Source: Klebsiella phage 150049 | DNA: 64,000 bases | Strand: one strand, 5' to 3' | Sequence record: OP045498.1 | Shown: positions 19,734 to 29,630 of the stretch, piece by piece | Numbering within the stretch: position 1 is the first letter of the stretch | Layout of the letters: each line of letters begins with the position of its first letter | The notes under the pieces: model-generated | What the model was told of the DNA's origin: nothing | What the model saw: the letters and a program-made list of their open reading frames with translations, nothing else | The model's database searches: none | Position numbers and translations under genes: made by a program

Positions 19734-20165
19734 TTACCAATCGTTAACGAAACCTGAGAACTCAGAAGCAAATACTAACTCAAATTTCTCAGCAATTTCA
19801 GGATGATCCTTACAGATCAGTTCAATGCACTTCTCAGGTTCCATACCATCTTCTTCAGGATCACCGTAATACTTGTCCCAAAGATCATCAGGAATAACTT
19901 GCTCAGCTAGATCTTGGAAGTTCACTAACTGATAGCGTGGAGTATCCTCATTAATAAAGATCTCATGCAATTCCTCAGATACTTCTCCTTTATAATCGGA
20001 AATTAGCAGAGCATTGCAAGCAAAACATTCCCACATCATCAAACGCTCAGAAATCGGGTTCGATTTGTCTTGAACATAGGACTGAAAGACTGCCTTAAAA
20101 GTAGCTTTAACTTGCTCAAACTTATCTGCTGTTGCGATTAAAAGTGCTTTATCAATCTTTTGCAT
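19734..20165 (-). CDS. hypothetical acidic protein
   Basis: ORF with cassette upstream. Confidence 0.5.
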   Translation of the reverse strand: MQKIDKALLIATADKFEQVKATFKAVFQSYVQDKSNPISERLMMWECFACNALLISDYKGEVSEELHEIFINEDTPRYQLVNFQDLAEQVIPDDLWDKYYGDPEEDGMEPEKCIELICKDHPEIAEKFELVFASEFSGFVNDW

Positions 20166-20235
20166 TTTGATTCCTTCTCATCAATTTATAAAGTAATTAT
20201 ACAGAAAACTAAGCATTTTAGCAACTGAATTTTTA
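20166..20235 (-). promoter_or_regulatory. early promoter cassette
   Basis: Same conserved cassette. Confidence 0.55.
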
Positions 20236-20326
20236 TAATAAAAGGCCTAAGCCTAGGCCTATAAAGAAAGAGATAAGAACTACTATCCCTATTGCTATAA
20301 ATATCTCACGAGCCATGCCATCAAAA

Positions 20327-20917
20327 TCAAACATTGATATCTCCCCTCAATACCGCTACCACATCTTCATCGATTTGGAGTACTTCACCAGTAGTGCAGT
20401 TAACCACTTTATCATAGCTTGTGAACTTGCCAGACACAATATCCTCTAAAGGAATAGGAGTCTTGCTCATCTCAAAAGAGACGTTGATATAACGTGGGTC
20501 ACGCACAGAATTGGTGTGCACATGTCCGTGAATGTTCAGCTTACCACGAAGTTCCTCTGGGTGTAAAGGACAGTGAGACAGCCAGAACTTCTTGCCACCA
20601 CCTGTTTGCTTACCTAGAGCCTGAATATCGTCATAAACGTCTACAAGATCTTTAATACGTAGACCCTGACGCTCTGCATCGTGGTTTCCCATAATTAGCT
20701 GGTTAGGCACGTTGTGGATAACCGACTTCAACTTGGCCAACCCTTCTCGCCCCACGGCACTATCTCCTAGCAGCACAAGTTTTGTACGCTTGCCAATGTG
20801 CTTGGACAAAGTATCTAGGATATACTCATCGTGCTCTTTCATGTTCTTAAACCAGGGGCGAAAACGAAGAATCCCTGGGTGGTCTAAGTGGAGTTCACTC
20901 CAGAATTTAACTTTCAT
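20327..20917 (-). CDS. metallophosphoesterase (calcineurin-like)
   Basis: GDSAVG, GNHD and GHVH motifs. Confidence 0.6.
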   Translation of the reverse strand: MKVKFWSELHLDHPGILRFRPWFKNMKEHDEYILDTLSKHIGKRTKLVLLGDSAVGREGLAKLKSVIHNVPNQLIMGNHDAERQGLRIKDLVDVYDDIQALGKQTGGGKKFWLSHCPLHPEELRGKLNIHGHVHTNSVRDPRYINVSFEMSKTPIPLEDIVSGKFTSYDKVVNCTTGEVLQIDEDVVAVLRGDINV

Positions 20918-21123
20918 TATTTATCCCTTACACATGTGGATGTAATAGTATAACTATCGTAGAATATACCTTTTGTGAGTCCAATTTGAATACTGGAATA
21001 ATCTAGCTCACCTCCAGCTACATCACATAAGTGTTTTGTATCTTCTGCAGTAAATCTCATATTATCATCGTAGGAATCACATCCAGCTAGTATTAGTACT
21101 GATAATAGTAGTAATCTCTTCAT
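20917..21123 (-). CDS. small lipoprotein
   Basis: Lipobox LAGC. Confidence 0.45.
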   Translation of the reverse strand: MKRLLLLSVLILAGCDSYDDNMRFTAEDTKHLCDVAGGELDYSSIQIGLTKGIFYDSYTITSTCVRDK

Positions 21124-21491
21124 TACAGAACTTCCTCCGCATATTTATTCCAACCCTGACAATAACTACTAATACCACGAAGTTTGAATATTTCATCATA
21201 AACCTCATGGTGCTCTTTCGCTTCTTGATATCCTTTGTCAAGTTCTTCCTGTCGTGCTTGCTCAAAACCAACACGATTCTCTAGCATTTTCCAGACTTCT
21301 TCGTACTCTGGCCAATCATGCTCTACCACGACGGTTTTGAGATCTTCTTTACCACGTTGTGCTCGACTATACCATAGTTTGGACAAGATATGTTCCAAAG
21401 TGGTAAAGTTACTTTGAGTGATATGCCCTAATTCTAGGGCTTTCTCAATATCAGACAGCTTTATAACTACATAACGTTCTTCACGTTCCAT
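21123..21491 (-). CDS. hypothetical protein
   Basis: ORF. Confidence 0.5.
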   Translation of the reverse strand: MEREERYVVIKLSDIEKALELGHITQSNFTTLEHILSKLWYSRAQRGKEDLKTVVVEHDWPEYEEVWKMLENRVGFEQARQEELDKGYQEAKEHHEVYDEIFKLRGISSYCQGWNKYAEEVL

Positions 21492-22354
21492 TATAGAATC
21501 CTCTGTACACCACAGCTATCATCTTTGTCAGTGGTAAATGTCATAATCTTACCAGCTTCATCATTAACTTGCGCAACCGTCAACTGCCCGTTGAAAACAC
21601 CGCCAGTATCGAGATAAACACGGTTCTTGTACAGAATTGGGTAAGGAACACCAGTGTGTCCGTGGAATACGAAATCCACACTCTCAACTTCTGGTACTTC
21701 CACAGTCAATTCATCTTTAAATCCTGCATAACGCTGGAAGTATGGATGCTCCGCACCTTGTTTAGACAGATGAAAACCAATTTCTTGAATTACATCACGA
21801 TCCCATAGATACGGCTCAATGTAATAGCTAGGATGATCATTAGGATCATTTTCACTTGCAGCGATATGATCAATAATATCATCCCAATTAGGTGTATGTA
21901 CATCGAATCCAGCATCTTTATACTGAAACGGTATTCCGCCATGAACAACACCGTATTTCTTGCCACGATGGAGTACGGTCATGAATACAGGCATTTTAGC
22001 TGCCATATCTTCTGCGATACCTTTAATTGTATCGGTATCCAGATCATTCATTGCCCACATTCCACCATTATACATCCAGTTGGTATAATCCCCGGCAATC
22101 ATAAACTGATCATGGTTGCCACGAACGCTACGGAAGCGTGGGTTATATAAGAATTTGGCTAGAACCTGTAAGTTCTGCGGGCCACGGTCAATTAAGTCGC
22201 CAACACAGACAACATAGTCACGCTTTTCTTTATATCCTGCTAGTTTAAGAGCATCTTCCAGCATATCATTACAGCCGTGAATATCTCCTACGAAGAACAG
22301 GTTAACATCGTCTGGTACTACTAACATTTCGTGCAGGTTAAATTCTTTTTTCAT
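21491..22354 (-). CDS. Ser/Thr protein phosphatase (PPP family, lambda-PPase-like)
   Basis: GDIHG, GDLIDRGP and GNHD motifs; ATG 22354 forms an ATGA overlap with the upstream gene. Confidence 0.65.
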   Translation of the reverse strand: MKKEFNLHEMLVVPDDVNLFFVGDIHGCNDMLEDALKLAGYKEKRDYVVCVGDLIDRGPQNLQVLAKFLYNPRFRSVRGNHDQFMIAGDYTNWMYNGGMWAMNDLDTDTIKGIAEDMAAKMPVFMTVLHRGKKYGVVHGGIPFQYKDAGFDVHTPNWDDIIDHIAASENDPNDHPSYYIEPYLWDRDVIQEIGFHLSKQGAEHPYFQRYAGFKDELTVEVPEVESVDFVFHGHTGVPYPILYKNRVYLDTGGVFNGQLTVAQVNDEAGKIMTFTTDKDDSCGVQRIL

Positions 22355-22734
22355 TATCGAGTCATCCAATTAGTGTGTTTTTCAGCTTCTGTATCATTTG
22401 GCTCAAAGACAACGTGACAGTCTACTACTTCCCAGAAAGATTGACGGATGATAGCATTTTGTTCTGCAATATCCAATCCTTCCCATTCTTCAAGTGTTTC
22501 TAGATCTGTATCAACTTCGGTATCACAGCCCACCAGCCCCAAAGTAACAACAATAGTAACACGGCCTTCACGTTCTTCGGGATAAACTTCAGCATATTCC
22601 CAAGCAGCCTGTTCAACATAGTATTCTTGCTCCGATTTAGACAAAGAGTTATACTTTTCTTCTGTGATTCCCATCTCTACAGCACGAGTACCACAGACCA
22701 CGTTGTTATGTATTATAAGATATGCGTAATTCAA
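22354..22734 (-). CDS. hypothetical acidic protein
   Basis: ORF; cassette upstream. Confidence 0.5.
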   Translation of the reverse strand: MNYAYLIIHNNVVCGTRAVEMGITEEKYNSLSKSEQEYYVEQAAWEYAEVYPEEREGRVTIVVTLGLVGCDTEVDTDLETLEEWEGLDIAEQNAIIRQSFWEVVDCHVVFEPNDTEAEKHTNWMTR

Positions 22735-22800
22735 TGTGATACTCCCCTCATCAATTTATACATATATTATATCAAAATTTTTAGCAGAAAGCAAGTAATA
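22735..22800 (-). promoter_or_regulatory. early promoter cassette
   Basis: Conserved cassette. Confidence 0.55.
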
Positions 22801-22836
22801 AAAAACCCAGATCAGCTAAGATCTGGGTTAGATTTA

Positions 22837-23127
22837 TTAATCTTCTGGATTATCTTCCAGGAAGTTTTTGATTGCGTCATGCATAGTTTCTTTACGAAGT
22901 TGACGACCAATCAGAATGTGGTTGGCTTCCACACGACCATTAGGGAGACGATCTGCTAGAACTACTACAGGAACCTGACGAACGCCAAATTTCTGCATAA
23001 GTTCTGTGTTATCAGTCTCTTTATGAACTTCTAGACTGTAGTCCTGTACTACTTTATCGAATACAGGCTCGAAAAGTTTACAAGGATTGCAGGTAGATCC
23101 CTTCAGTAGATATACTAATTTACTCAT
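22837..23127 (-). CDS. thioredoxin/glutaredoxin-like protein
   Basis: CNPC active-site motif; size as T4 NrdC-like redoxins. Confidence 0.55.
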   Translation of the reverse strand: MSKLVYLLKGSTCNPCKLFEPVFDKVVQDYSLEVHKETDNTELMQKFGVRQVPVVVLADRLPNGRVEANHILIGRQLRKETMHDAIKNFLEDNPED

Positions 23128-23530
23128 GTTTATTAATGGCCTCCAAAAATGCCTTCATCACTTTAACAGTTGCAGTGCTAAGATCTAAGGTAGCACCTAA
23201 GCACTCAGATACAGCAGCCTGATAAGGGGCTTTTAGCCTGCCTTCCGGTACTTGTACTTTCTTATAGGTTTTCTTCTTGACTTTATCCAGCATCGTTTCA
23301 AGAACATTGAGAGGCAACTTCTGACCTTCAATATTCACGCCAAGCTCTTCCATTAGCATGGTATTTAAGTCAATACGAGTAAGTTTCTTGCCCTTGCTAG
23401 ACATACGAATTCCCGCCTTTTTCTCAAGTTTTGCACGCTCTGGTGAATCGAGGTCACGTAATGCGATGTTCAATTCATACGGAGCCATATTGTAATGGTT
23501 AGCCATCTGAGTATAGTAACGATCTGACAT
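23120..23530 (-). CDS. hypothetical protein
   Basis: ORF. Confidence 0.5.
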   Translation of the reverse strand: MSDRYYTQMANHYNMAPYELNIALRDLDSPERAKLEKKAGIRMSSKGKKLTRIDLNTMLMEELGVNIEGQKLPLNVLETMLDKVKKKTYKKVQVPEGRLKAPYQAAVSECLGATLDLSTATVKVMKAFLEAINKHE

Positions 23531-23600
23531 TTGTGAAACTCCTCTGATTCAATTTATACAAATATTATATAAAAATTTCAGCGGAAAGTCAACTACTTTT
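23531..23600 (-). promoter_or_regulatory. early promoter cassette
   Basis: Conserved cassette. Confidence 0.55.
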
Positions 23601-23605
23601 TTATA

Positions 23606-24022
23606 TTAATGTGCTTGATGTGGGAATCTCTTCCTAACTAAGTACATAGTTATTGGATATATTGAATACATAAGTATAGGGGAGAAAAGGGTGAAATAAG
23701 CCGTGACTCCCCCAGCTAACATCAGTGGTATCAATGCTAGAGTAAGGGCCATAAGAATCATACCGAATGAGACAGCCAGGGCTACTGTGATGCAGTTCTC
23801 TAACTCCATCCAAAGCCAACAATATTTCGTATTCCTCTGGCAGTTGCATTTGCAAACGCCGAATGTGCCCATAATTATATACTCTAGCCCATGAACGACT
23901 TTCTTTAATGTATCATTTTGGGTAACTAGTGCGACAACAGTGAGAATTATCATTAATATGAAAACTACTAGGCTTATTTTCCATATTCCTAGTAATATCA
24001 TGGTGAATAGTTCTGCAAACAT
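23606..24022 (-). CDS. multi-TM membrane protein
   Basis: 4 predicted TM helices. Confidence 0.45.
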   Translation of the reverse strand: MFAELFTMILLGIWKISLVVFILMIILTVVALVTQNDTLKKVVHGLEYIIMGTFGVCKCNCQRNTKYCWLWMELENCITVALAVSFGMILMALTLALIPLMLAGGVTAYFTLFSPILMYSIYPITMYLVRKRFPHQAH

Positions 24023-24097
24023 GGCTTTCTCCTATCATTAAGTTTTTAAAGCCCCCTTTGCTTTAAAAGGCGGGAATTACCCCGCCTTGATTTATTA

Positions 24098-24511
24098 TCA
24101 GACTAATTCTACGTGACCACCGTCGTAAGTACCACGATCGATCTCATCATGATAATCACCAGAACTATTCCAGTCGGCACCAAAACGAAGTTTGACACCA
24201 AGTTCCTTACCAGCTTGTTCAAAAGCCTTCTTAACAGCCCAAAATGCTTCCAGATCTTTCCAATCAATCTTACCATTAATATATGGTGCAAAATCGATAG
24301 CGTCTCCCGTTACATGTTTACTCTTGCTAGGGTCTTTCAAAAATGAAGTACCATTAGCAATGTTTTGGGCACTTTGTGCTACTGTACGAATACCTTGTAC
24401 GATTGTGAAATCATACGGAGATAGTTCTAAAGCCCTACGAGCTACCTTTTGTAGCTCGGGCTTAACAGTTGCTAATTGTTTTTCGCTATTTTTACCAAAT
24501 TTAAAACTCAT
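24098..24511 (-). CDS. endolysin, peptidase M15 family (L-alanyl-D-glutamate peptidase type)
   Basis: 137 aa; SKHVTGDAID ... DYHDE ... GGHVEL metal-binding pattern; immediately downstream of the holin. Confidence 0.6.
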   Translation of the reverse strand: MSFKFGKNSEKQLATVKPELQKVARRALELSPYDFTIVQGIRTVAQSAQNIANGTSFLKDPSKSKHVTGDAIDFAPYINGKIDWKDLEAFWAVKKAFEQAGKELGVKLRFGADWNSSGDYHDEIDRGTYDGGHVELV

Positions 24512-25164
24512 ATAGATCTACCTAATGATCTTTGCTGCGGTGAGCAAAGCTTTGTTAAGTACTCATTAAATTGTTCCGAGTCAGCTGTATCTACGGGTTT
24601 ATCCTTCCAGGCAATACCTATGTATCCAGCATAGATATTATTTAGATTGAAATACGGACAAGTGTAGACGTAATTAAAAGTAACGTTCTTAAACGCGGGT
24701 ATATTTGACCCCATATATTTATTTACTTTTACACTTAAATCCGAAGCGTAGTTAAAGCCTTCCAGGTGACGTCTATAAAGTTCAGACGTCTTGTTTACTG
24801 CTTTATCGGCCAAGTCAGCCCTATCCAATTGCGCATTGCTTTCCCATGCAATAATGTTCGAATAATCGTTTATAGCATCGGGTTTATACTTGACTACAAA
24901 AACAGCATCCGCACCCGTCTGAGAGAAAAGGACCATGCTCTTTTCTCGTGCTACATTAGGAAAGTTATCTATCCTTTGGGTTTGAACATCCTGTAAAACC
25001 GCAGACGTGGAGAAAGTCTTTAAAAATGACATCACCTCGCTAGTGTTACTTACAAACAAGAAAATAATGACAGCAACTAAGATAGTTAGCAGACGTTTTA
25101 GTAGCGAAGCTGGATCTTTCGCTTCTTGGAGCAGTACCGTTAATAGTTGTAGAAACTTTTCCAC
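24508..25164 (-). CDS. t: holin (T4 t-type)
   Basis: 218 aa; single N-terminal TM; C-terminal YTCPYFNLNNIYAG ... LGRSI matches the T4 holin T periplasmic domain. Confidence 0.8.
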   Translation of the reverse strand: MEKFLQLLTVLLQEAKDPASLLKRLLTILVAVIIFLFVSNTSEVMSFLKTFSTSAVLQDVQTQRIDNFPNVAREKSMVLFSQTGADAVFVVKYKPDAINDYSNIIAWESNAQLDRADLADKAVNKTSELYRRHLEGFNYASDLSVKVNKYMGSNIPAFKNVTFNYVYTCPYFNLNNIYAGYIGIAWKDKPVDTADSEQFNEYLTKLCSPQQRSLGRSI

Positions 25165-25215
25165 TTGTAACCTCCTCTAACCATTACCATTATACTAATT
25201 CTAGAGGAAAATTAC
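25165..25215 (-). promoter_or_regulatory. sigma70-like promoter for t
   Basis: Minus strand TTGTAA-17-TATAAT. Confidence 0.45.
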
Positions 25216-25280
25216 AACGTGTTTTTAAAGATCACTTCTGGAGCATAATTTTTTGTCGTTGTCAAGAAGAATTTTAGGCA

Positions 25281-25318
25281 AAAGAAAAGCCAGAGTCGTT
25301 AAACTCTGGCTTAAAACT
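25281..25318 (-). terminator. rho-independent terminator
   Basis: GCCAGAGT ttaacg ACTCTGGC followed by TTTTCTTTT on the minus strand. Confidence 0.55.
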
Positions 25319-25320
25319 AC

Positions 25321-25920
25321 TTACACTTCTCCATGTTCTTCTGGATGCGGAGCTTGAGCTTTACTATATTGCTCTTTGCGATAATTCGCCAAAATTTCAA
25401 TACGCTTATTGATTTCTTTGCTGTTGAGGTAGATATTCTTATTCTCTTTTACCATATCCTCGATCTCGTCAATAGAGAAGAACGGAAAGTAAACATCGAG
25501 CATCATATCTTCTACAAACTGGTTGTAAGATTCATAGGCTTTCTTGATTTCTTGACCTTTCTCACAGAATCCGCCAGAGAACGTATGTCCCATAAGCGTA
25601 GCATGTGGATGTACAACCCAACCATGGCAAGACAGGAAGATTGTGCAGTAAGCAGAAGCACTAGGACCGAGCAGGTGTCCAATAACCGTTCCACGACAGT
25701 TAGCGATTAGGTTAGATAGTTGTGCAGCAGTATCAACGTAACCACCAGGCCCATTAATCATCAGATTAATTTCATCATCTTCACCAGCCTGCATCAGTAT
25801 CATGGATAGGTCACGATACTCATCTGGTGAACCTAATTCTTCGTCAAAGAAAAAGGTATATTCGTTAGATTGGCGAACAGTGTGAAACAGGTTAGTCTTT
25901 TCTTCTTTCTTGTTAGTCAT
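25321..25920 (-). CDS. ClpP-like serine peptidase
   Basis: INGPGG motif, catalytic-Ser context GPSASAY and His context VVHPH align with ClpP. Confidence 0.55.
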   Translation of the reverse strand: MTNKKEEKTNLFHTVRQSNEYTFFFDEELGSPDEYRDLSMILMQAGEDDEINLMINGPGGYVDTAAQLSNLIANCRGTVIGHLLGPSASAYCTIFLSCHGWVVHPHATLMGHTFSGGFCEKGQEIKKAYESYNQFVEDMMLDVYFPFFSIDEIEDMVKENKNIYLNSKEINKRIEILANYRKEQYSKAQAPHPEEHGEV

Positions 25921-25932
25921 AGTGATCCTTAA

Positions 25933-26685
25933 TTATCCAACTAGTGGTTCTAGCTCTAAGTCACAGAAGTGGTACACGTCGGTACGAAGTGCATCAAGTC
26001 CGTTGAAGGTATTCTCAAATTTATGAGAAATGTATTTTTCAGGAATACCGCTTTCAGACGGATGATCTGTCTCGATGCGATACTTATTAGTAATACCAGA
26101 TTCAACCTTAATAAGCATGGAATCCATATCTAGAGTATTGGTTTCCATGATTAGCTCTCCCTCATTGGGGAAACGCACATCGGTAACGATTGCGACGTCT
26201 GGGTCGTCTTTATCGATGGATTGCTCCAGAATTATGAGCCAAATGCGTTCATGCACCAGCTGCCTTCCTAACTCAGTACCTACAAGCTGTAGCATTTTTC
26301 TTGGGGAGATAAATACGCTATACAGCGCATCATCAGCTTGCCCAATTAACTGCTGAGGATCAAGGTATTTTCCTTCAAAAATCGGCCAAACGTACGAGAA
26401 GTCCTCAAACTTATCGATACCATACTTAAACCATACGTCTCTAGCTCGCTCCAATTGAGATTGTGTGACCGTAAACCATTGGTCAATCTCTTTTCCCCTG
26501 CGCTCTCCCAGAAACTCTGGAGTTACCCCGAGGATTACGGATGCAAGTTCGTAAACGGGTTTAGCAAAACTGTAACGACGGGATAAACACGTTGGGAACG
26601 TGTCATTACACCAGTCAATCATTAATTCTGCAACGGTATCTTTTCCCGCACCAGCCTCACCATGTAAACCGACTAATACTGACAT
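25933..26685 (-). CDS. 1: deoxynucleoside monophosphate kinase
   Basis: P-loop GEAGAGKDT; overall resemblance to T4 gp1 (LQLVGTELG, VTDVRFPNE). Confidence 0.55.
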   Translation of the reverse strand: MSVLVGLHGEAGAGKDTVAELMIDWCNDTFPTCLSRRYSFAKPVYELASVILGVTPEFLGERRGKEIDQWFTVTQSQLERARDVWFKYGIDKFEDFSYVWPIFEGKYLDPQQLIGQADDALYSVFISPRKMLQLVGTELGRQLVHERIWLIILEQSIDKDDPDVAIVTDVRFPNEGELIMETNTLDMDSMLIKVESGITNKYRIETDHPSESGIPEKYISHKFENTFNGLDALRTDVYHFCDLELEPLVG

Positions 26686-27038
26686 TAATCTTTCCTATTT
26701 GTAATGGGTGGATAGTAAACTAAGCAACGTTTTTCTTGTAAATCTTGACGATAGAAGCAAACCATACCGGTCAGTCGTGAAATGTAAGAGTAAACTGCTT
26801 CCTCGCATTTTGCTTTTGCATTCCAATCTTTGTAAGGTACAACAACTACTACGCCATCTTCACCATTTGTAGCTAATTTCTTTTCGAATTTGAAATCAAA
26901 GCTACACGGCTGAAGTCCTTTAGGCCAGTCAACATGAGCTTGCTTTAACTCATGAGATGGCTCTGGTTTTATTTCTTCTGCACAGCCTGTGATTGTGATT
27001 GCGGCTGCGAGCAGTACTCCAAGTTTCCAGTTAAACAT
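26685..27038 (-). CDS. o-spanin-like lipoprotein
   Basis: Lipobox ITGC; overlaps the i-spanin-like ORF. Confidence 0.45.
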   Translation of the reverse strand: MFNWKLGVLLAAAITITGCAEEIKPEPSHELKQAHVDWPKGLQPCSFDFKFEKKLATNGEDGVVVVVPYKDWNAKAKCEEAVYSYISRLTGMVCFYRQDLQEKRCLVYYPPITNRKD

Positions 27039-27418
27039 GCTAATCTTTCCTCGAACTCTTTATTCTGCTTTTTAGCAATTAATGTTACCAATCCAGGCTT
27101 TGCAGCGATAACATCCTGACGACTAAGAGCTTTATCTAACTGCTTAATCTTTTTGTCTAGATCTGCTTGCGAAATATTATTCATTGTGAAGTACTGATTC
27201 ATTAGAGTCTCACGAAGTTCACTCTCAGTTTTCACTTTATTAAGAGAAGTCTCTAGAGTGGAGATCTTTTTAGTCGCAACTGCAAGATCTCCCGCTAAAG
27301 TTTCAACCTTATTTACTAAATGATAAGCACCGAATCCGATACCTATCGCAAGACCAGCTCCCAGGATATACCACTTACCTTGCCATATTCCTGAAAGAAG
27401 TTTTTGTATCAAATCCAT
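26969..27418 (-). CDS. i-spanin-like protein (N-terminal TM plus coiled coil)
   Basis: Architecture of Rz/pseT.3-type spanins. Confidence 0.45.
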   Translation of the reverse strand: MDLIQKLLSGIWQGKWYILGAGLAIGIGFGAYHLVNKVETLAGDLAVATKKISTLETSLNKVKTESELRETLMNQYFTMNNISQADLDKKIKQLDKALSRQDVIAAKPGLVTLIAKKQNKEFEERLACLTGNLEYCSQPQSQSQAVQKK

Positions 27419-28073
27419 GTGCTGCTAACCTGTCTTTATCTGATACGGTAATCATATCAGGCTCACCAGTTCCTAGTACACCGAAGATATACTGTTCGAG
27501 AACTTGGTGTAAACGGTATAAGTTACTTTCAATTTCCTGCCACGGAATACCTGACTGGTGGAAACGAATGTTTGTCTGAATTACGAAGTTACGAACATCA
27601 TCGTTATCGTTCTTCTTAATACCTTTCACATACGCAATTGGTACGCGCAGTTCAGATAAGATACGTTCTGCTTTAGGTTTTGCTTCAACCAACATATCTC
27701 GCATGGTTTCACGAACATCACCACGATTCTTATCTAGTAAGTAAGAACGGGCATGTAATCCCATTTCTTCCATTTTATCAAATACAGCATCGATGTTGAA
27801 CGTTTTGAAACTGAATGCCGGATGCCAGCAGGACAGCTCATGTAACCAGTAAACTTCACCTGCAATAAATAGCGGATTTACTGAGTATTCGAAATCACCA
27901 CGGAAGGATAAGGAACCCTCACGAAACACCTGACGATTATGAACAATATTCTTTTCTACATCGTCAGTTACTTTTACCAGCAGCTCTTCAGTTTTACGCT
28001 CCCAGACACGATCTGGATCAAATAAACTATTCTGCAAATCGTATACATCATTGAACTTTGAAATGATTCTCAT
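27375..28073 (-). CDS. hypothetical protein
   Basis: ORF. Confidence 0.5.
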   Translation of the reverse strand: MRIISKFNDVYDLQNSLFDPDRVWERKTEELLVKVTDDVEKNIVHNRQVFREGSLSFRGDFEYSVNPLFIAGEVYWLHELSCWHPAFSFKTFNIDAVFDKMEEMGLHARSYLLDKNRGDVRETMRDMLVEAKPKAERILSELRVPIAYVKGIKKNDNDDVRNFVIQTNIRFHQSGIPWQEIESNLYRLHQVLEQYIFGVLGTGEPDMITVSDKDRLAAHGFDTKTSFRNMAR

Positions 28074-28150
28074 AAATTATCCTTTTGCCTCAATCTATAA
28101 ACATATTATACAATACTTGTGGCATCTGAGCAACTGAAATTTTATTACAA
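28074..28150 (-). promoter_or_regulatory. early promoter cassette
   Basis: Conserved cassette. Confidence 0.5.
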
Positions 28151-28218
28151 AAATAGCCCAGTCGCAAAATTGCAGGCTGGGCTTTGTCATTATTATTCTT
28201 GCTAGGAGGTGATTATCA

Positions 28219-28608
28219 TCACTCTTGTTTACTTAATTCTCTAGCACGACGTAGCGATCCAGCGGTTCTCCATAATTTAATGTCGTCAACAACTTCTTTG
28301 TAGGGAGCAATAGTAAGACCTAGCGGCCCCGCTACCAACAGTCCAAAGAAACCAATTACACGCATGTAAAGCAAGCATTCTTTGGGAGTCATTGACTGGA
28401 CAGCCTGTCTTTCCTCAGCACTGTCGAACTCGTGTTCTTGATCGTCTAAACGTAGGTACTTAATAAACCATTCAGCAGAATATTCATCCAGATGACGAAT
28501 AACTGCAATAGCATAGCCTAAACCAATAATAAACCATGCTGCTACAATGAATAAAATAAAGCTCATGATATCTCCAATTAAAGTTGAGGTCAGCGACCAA
28601 CTCACCAC
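28219..28608 (-). CDS. membrane protein
   Basis: TM helices. Confidence 0.45.
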   Translation of the reverse strand: MVSWSLTSTLIGDIMSFILFIVAAWFIIGLGYAIAVIRHLDEYSAEWFIKYLRLDDQEHEFDSAEERQAVQSMTPKECLLYMRVIGFFGLLVAGPLGLTIAPYKEVVDDIKLWRTAGSLRRARELSKQE

Positions 28609-28682
28609 TTACCGCACTAAGGGGCACGACTCCCTTATCCGTAACAGTTGCAGGTGACGCAACTCGGTCCTACGCGAGTTCT

Positions 28683-28967
28683 TTACTTGCTCTGCATTTC
28701 AGCACGGAACTTTTTCATCTTACGAGTTTTACGGAAGAAGAAATAAGTAGCTACTGGCCCGAACAAGGTGTCCATGATAAGCATACCTGACATAATGAAT
28801 TTGAACATCTTTTCATCGTCAAATTCTGCTAATTCTGGTGGACGATATTTGTTTATAACATAAAGAATAACATCTTTATTTTTAGAGATATACAGATCAT
28901 CAATCAGACTGTAAATCGCGACAACCGCACCAATAACAAACCACAAAGCAAATGGAGAGATAATCAT
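28683..28967 (-). CDS. membrane protein
   Basis: TM helices. Confidence 0.45.
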   Translation of the reverse strand: MIISPFALWFVIGAVVAIYSLIDDLYISKNKDVILYVINKYRPPELAEFDDEKMFKFIMSGMLIMDTLFGPVATYFFFRKTRKMKKFRAEMQSK

Positions 28968-29257
28968 TTAAGATCCTTTTCGTCAATTAAAATAGTAACA
29001 AATAATGGTACACAACCTGGGCATAAATCTTTGCCAAACTTTTCCATTACATCCCAAAGTGGTAAAGTAATCATACCATTCTTAACTCTAGGATCTGTAT
29101 ACTCAGCTATTCGTTTATTTGCAAAATCGGTAGCTAAATCTGAATTATGCTCATAGCTATAATCAGTCCAGAATTTAGTGTGATCCTTTCTAAGATACTC
29201 TAGTACAGCATCAGTTGCTGGAATCTGTACTAGACTGTTGAGATTTAGCTCTTTCAC
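28964..29257 (-). CDS. hypothetical protein
   Basis: ATGA overlap. Confidence 0.45.
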   Translation of the reverse strand: MKELNLNSLVQIPATDAVLEYLRKDHTKFWTDYSYEHNSDLATDFANKRIAEYTDPRVKNGMITLPLWDVMEKFGKDLCPGCVPLFVTILIDEKDLK

Positions 29258-29630
29258 GTTCTTCTCTCCGACGTTTGCGTTCTTTCATCATGTAAGCTGC
29301 TACAACCTCATGGTAGTAGTCGTTAATGTTGCCTTCTGGCAAGAAATGTTTAATTGTTTCTAGCTGGCAGATAACACGGTAAAGATGTTTATTTGGTAGA
29401 CATAATTTCATGCCCATAACAAATCCAGAGAAGCCTGGAACACTGAACATGGGTTGGGCTTCTACGTTACCCTCGGGATTGATACTAAGTTCAATCGAGA
29501 TACCCATTTTCATACTATAAAGCTGGCAACCTTCACCATTACCAAATCTTGACCAAACAGTGAAGTCCTCATCAATTTGATCTTGGATTTCTTCGACTGC
29601 ATGTTTAATTCTAGGGTCTAAATTACTCAT
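29211..29630 (-). CDS. hypothetical protein
   Basis: Start chosen at ATG 29630 with AAGGTGA RBS. Confidence 0.4.
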   Translation of the reverse strand: MSNLDPRIKHAVEEIQDQIDEDFTVWSRFGNGEGCQLYSMKMGISIELSINPEGNVEAQPMFSVPGFSGFVMGMKLCLPNKHLYRVICQLETIKHFLPEGNINDYYHEVVAAYMMKERKRRREERERAKSQQSSTDSSN

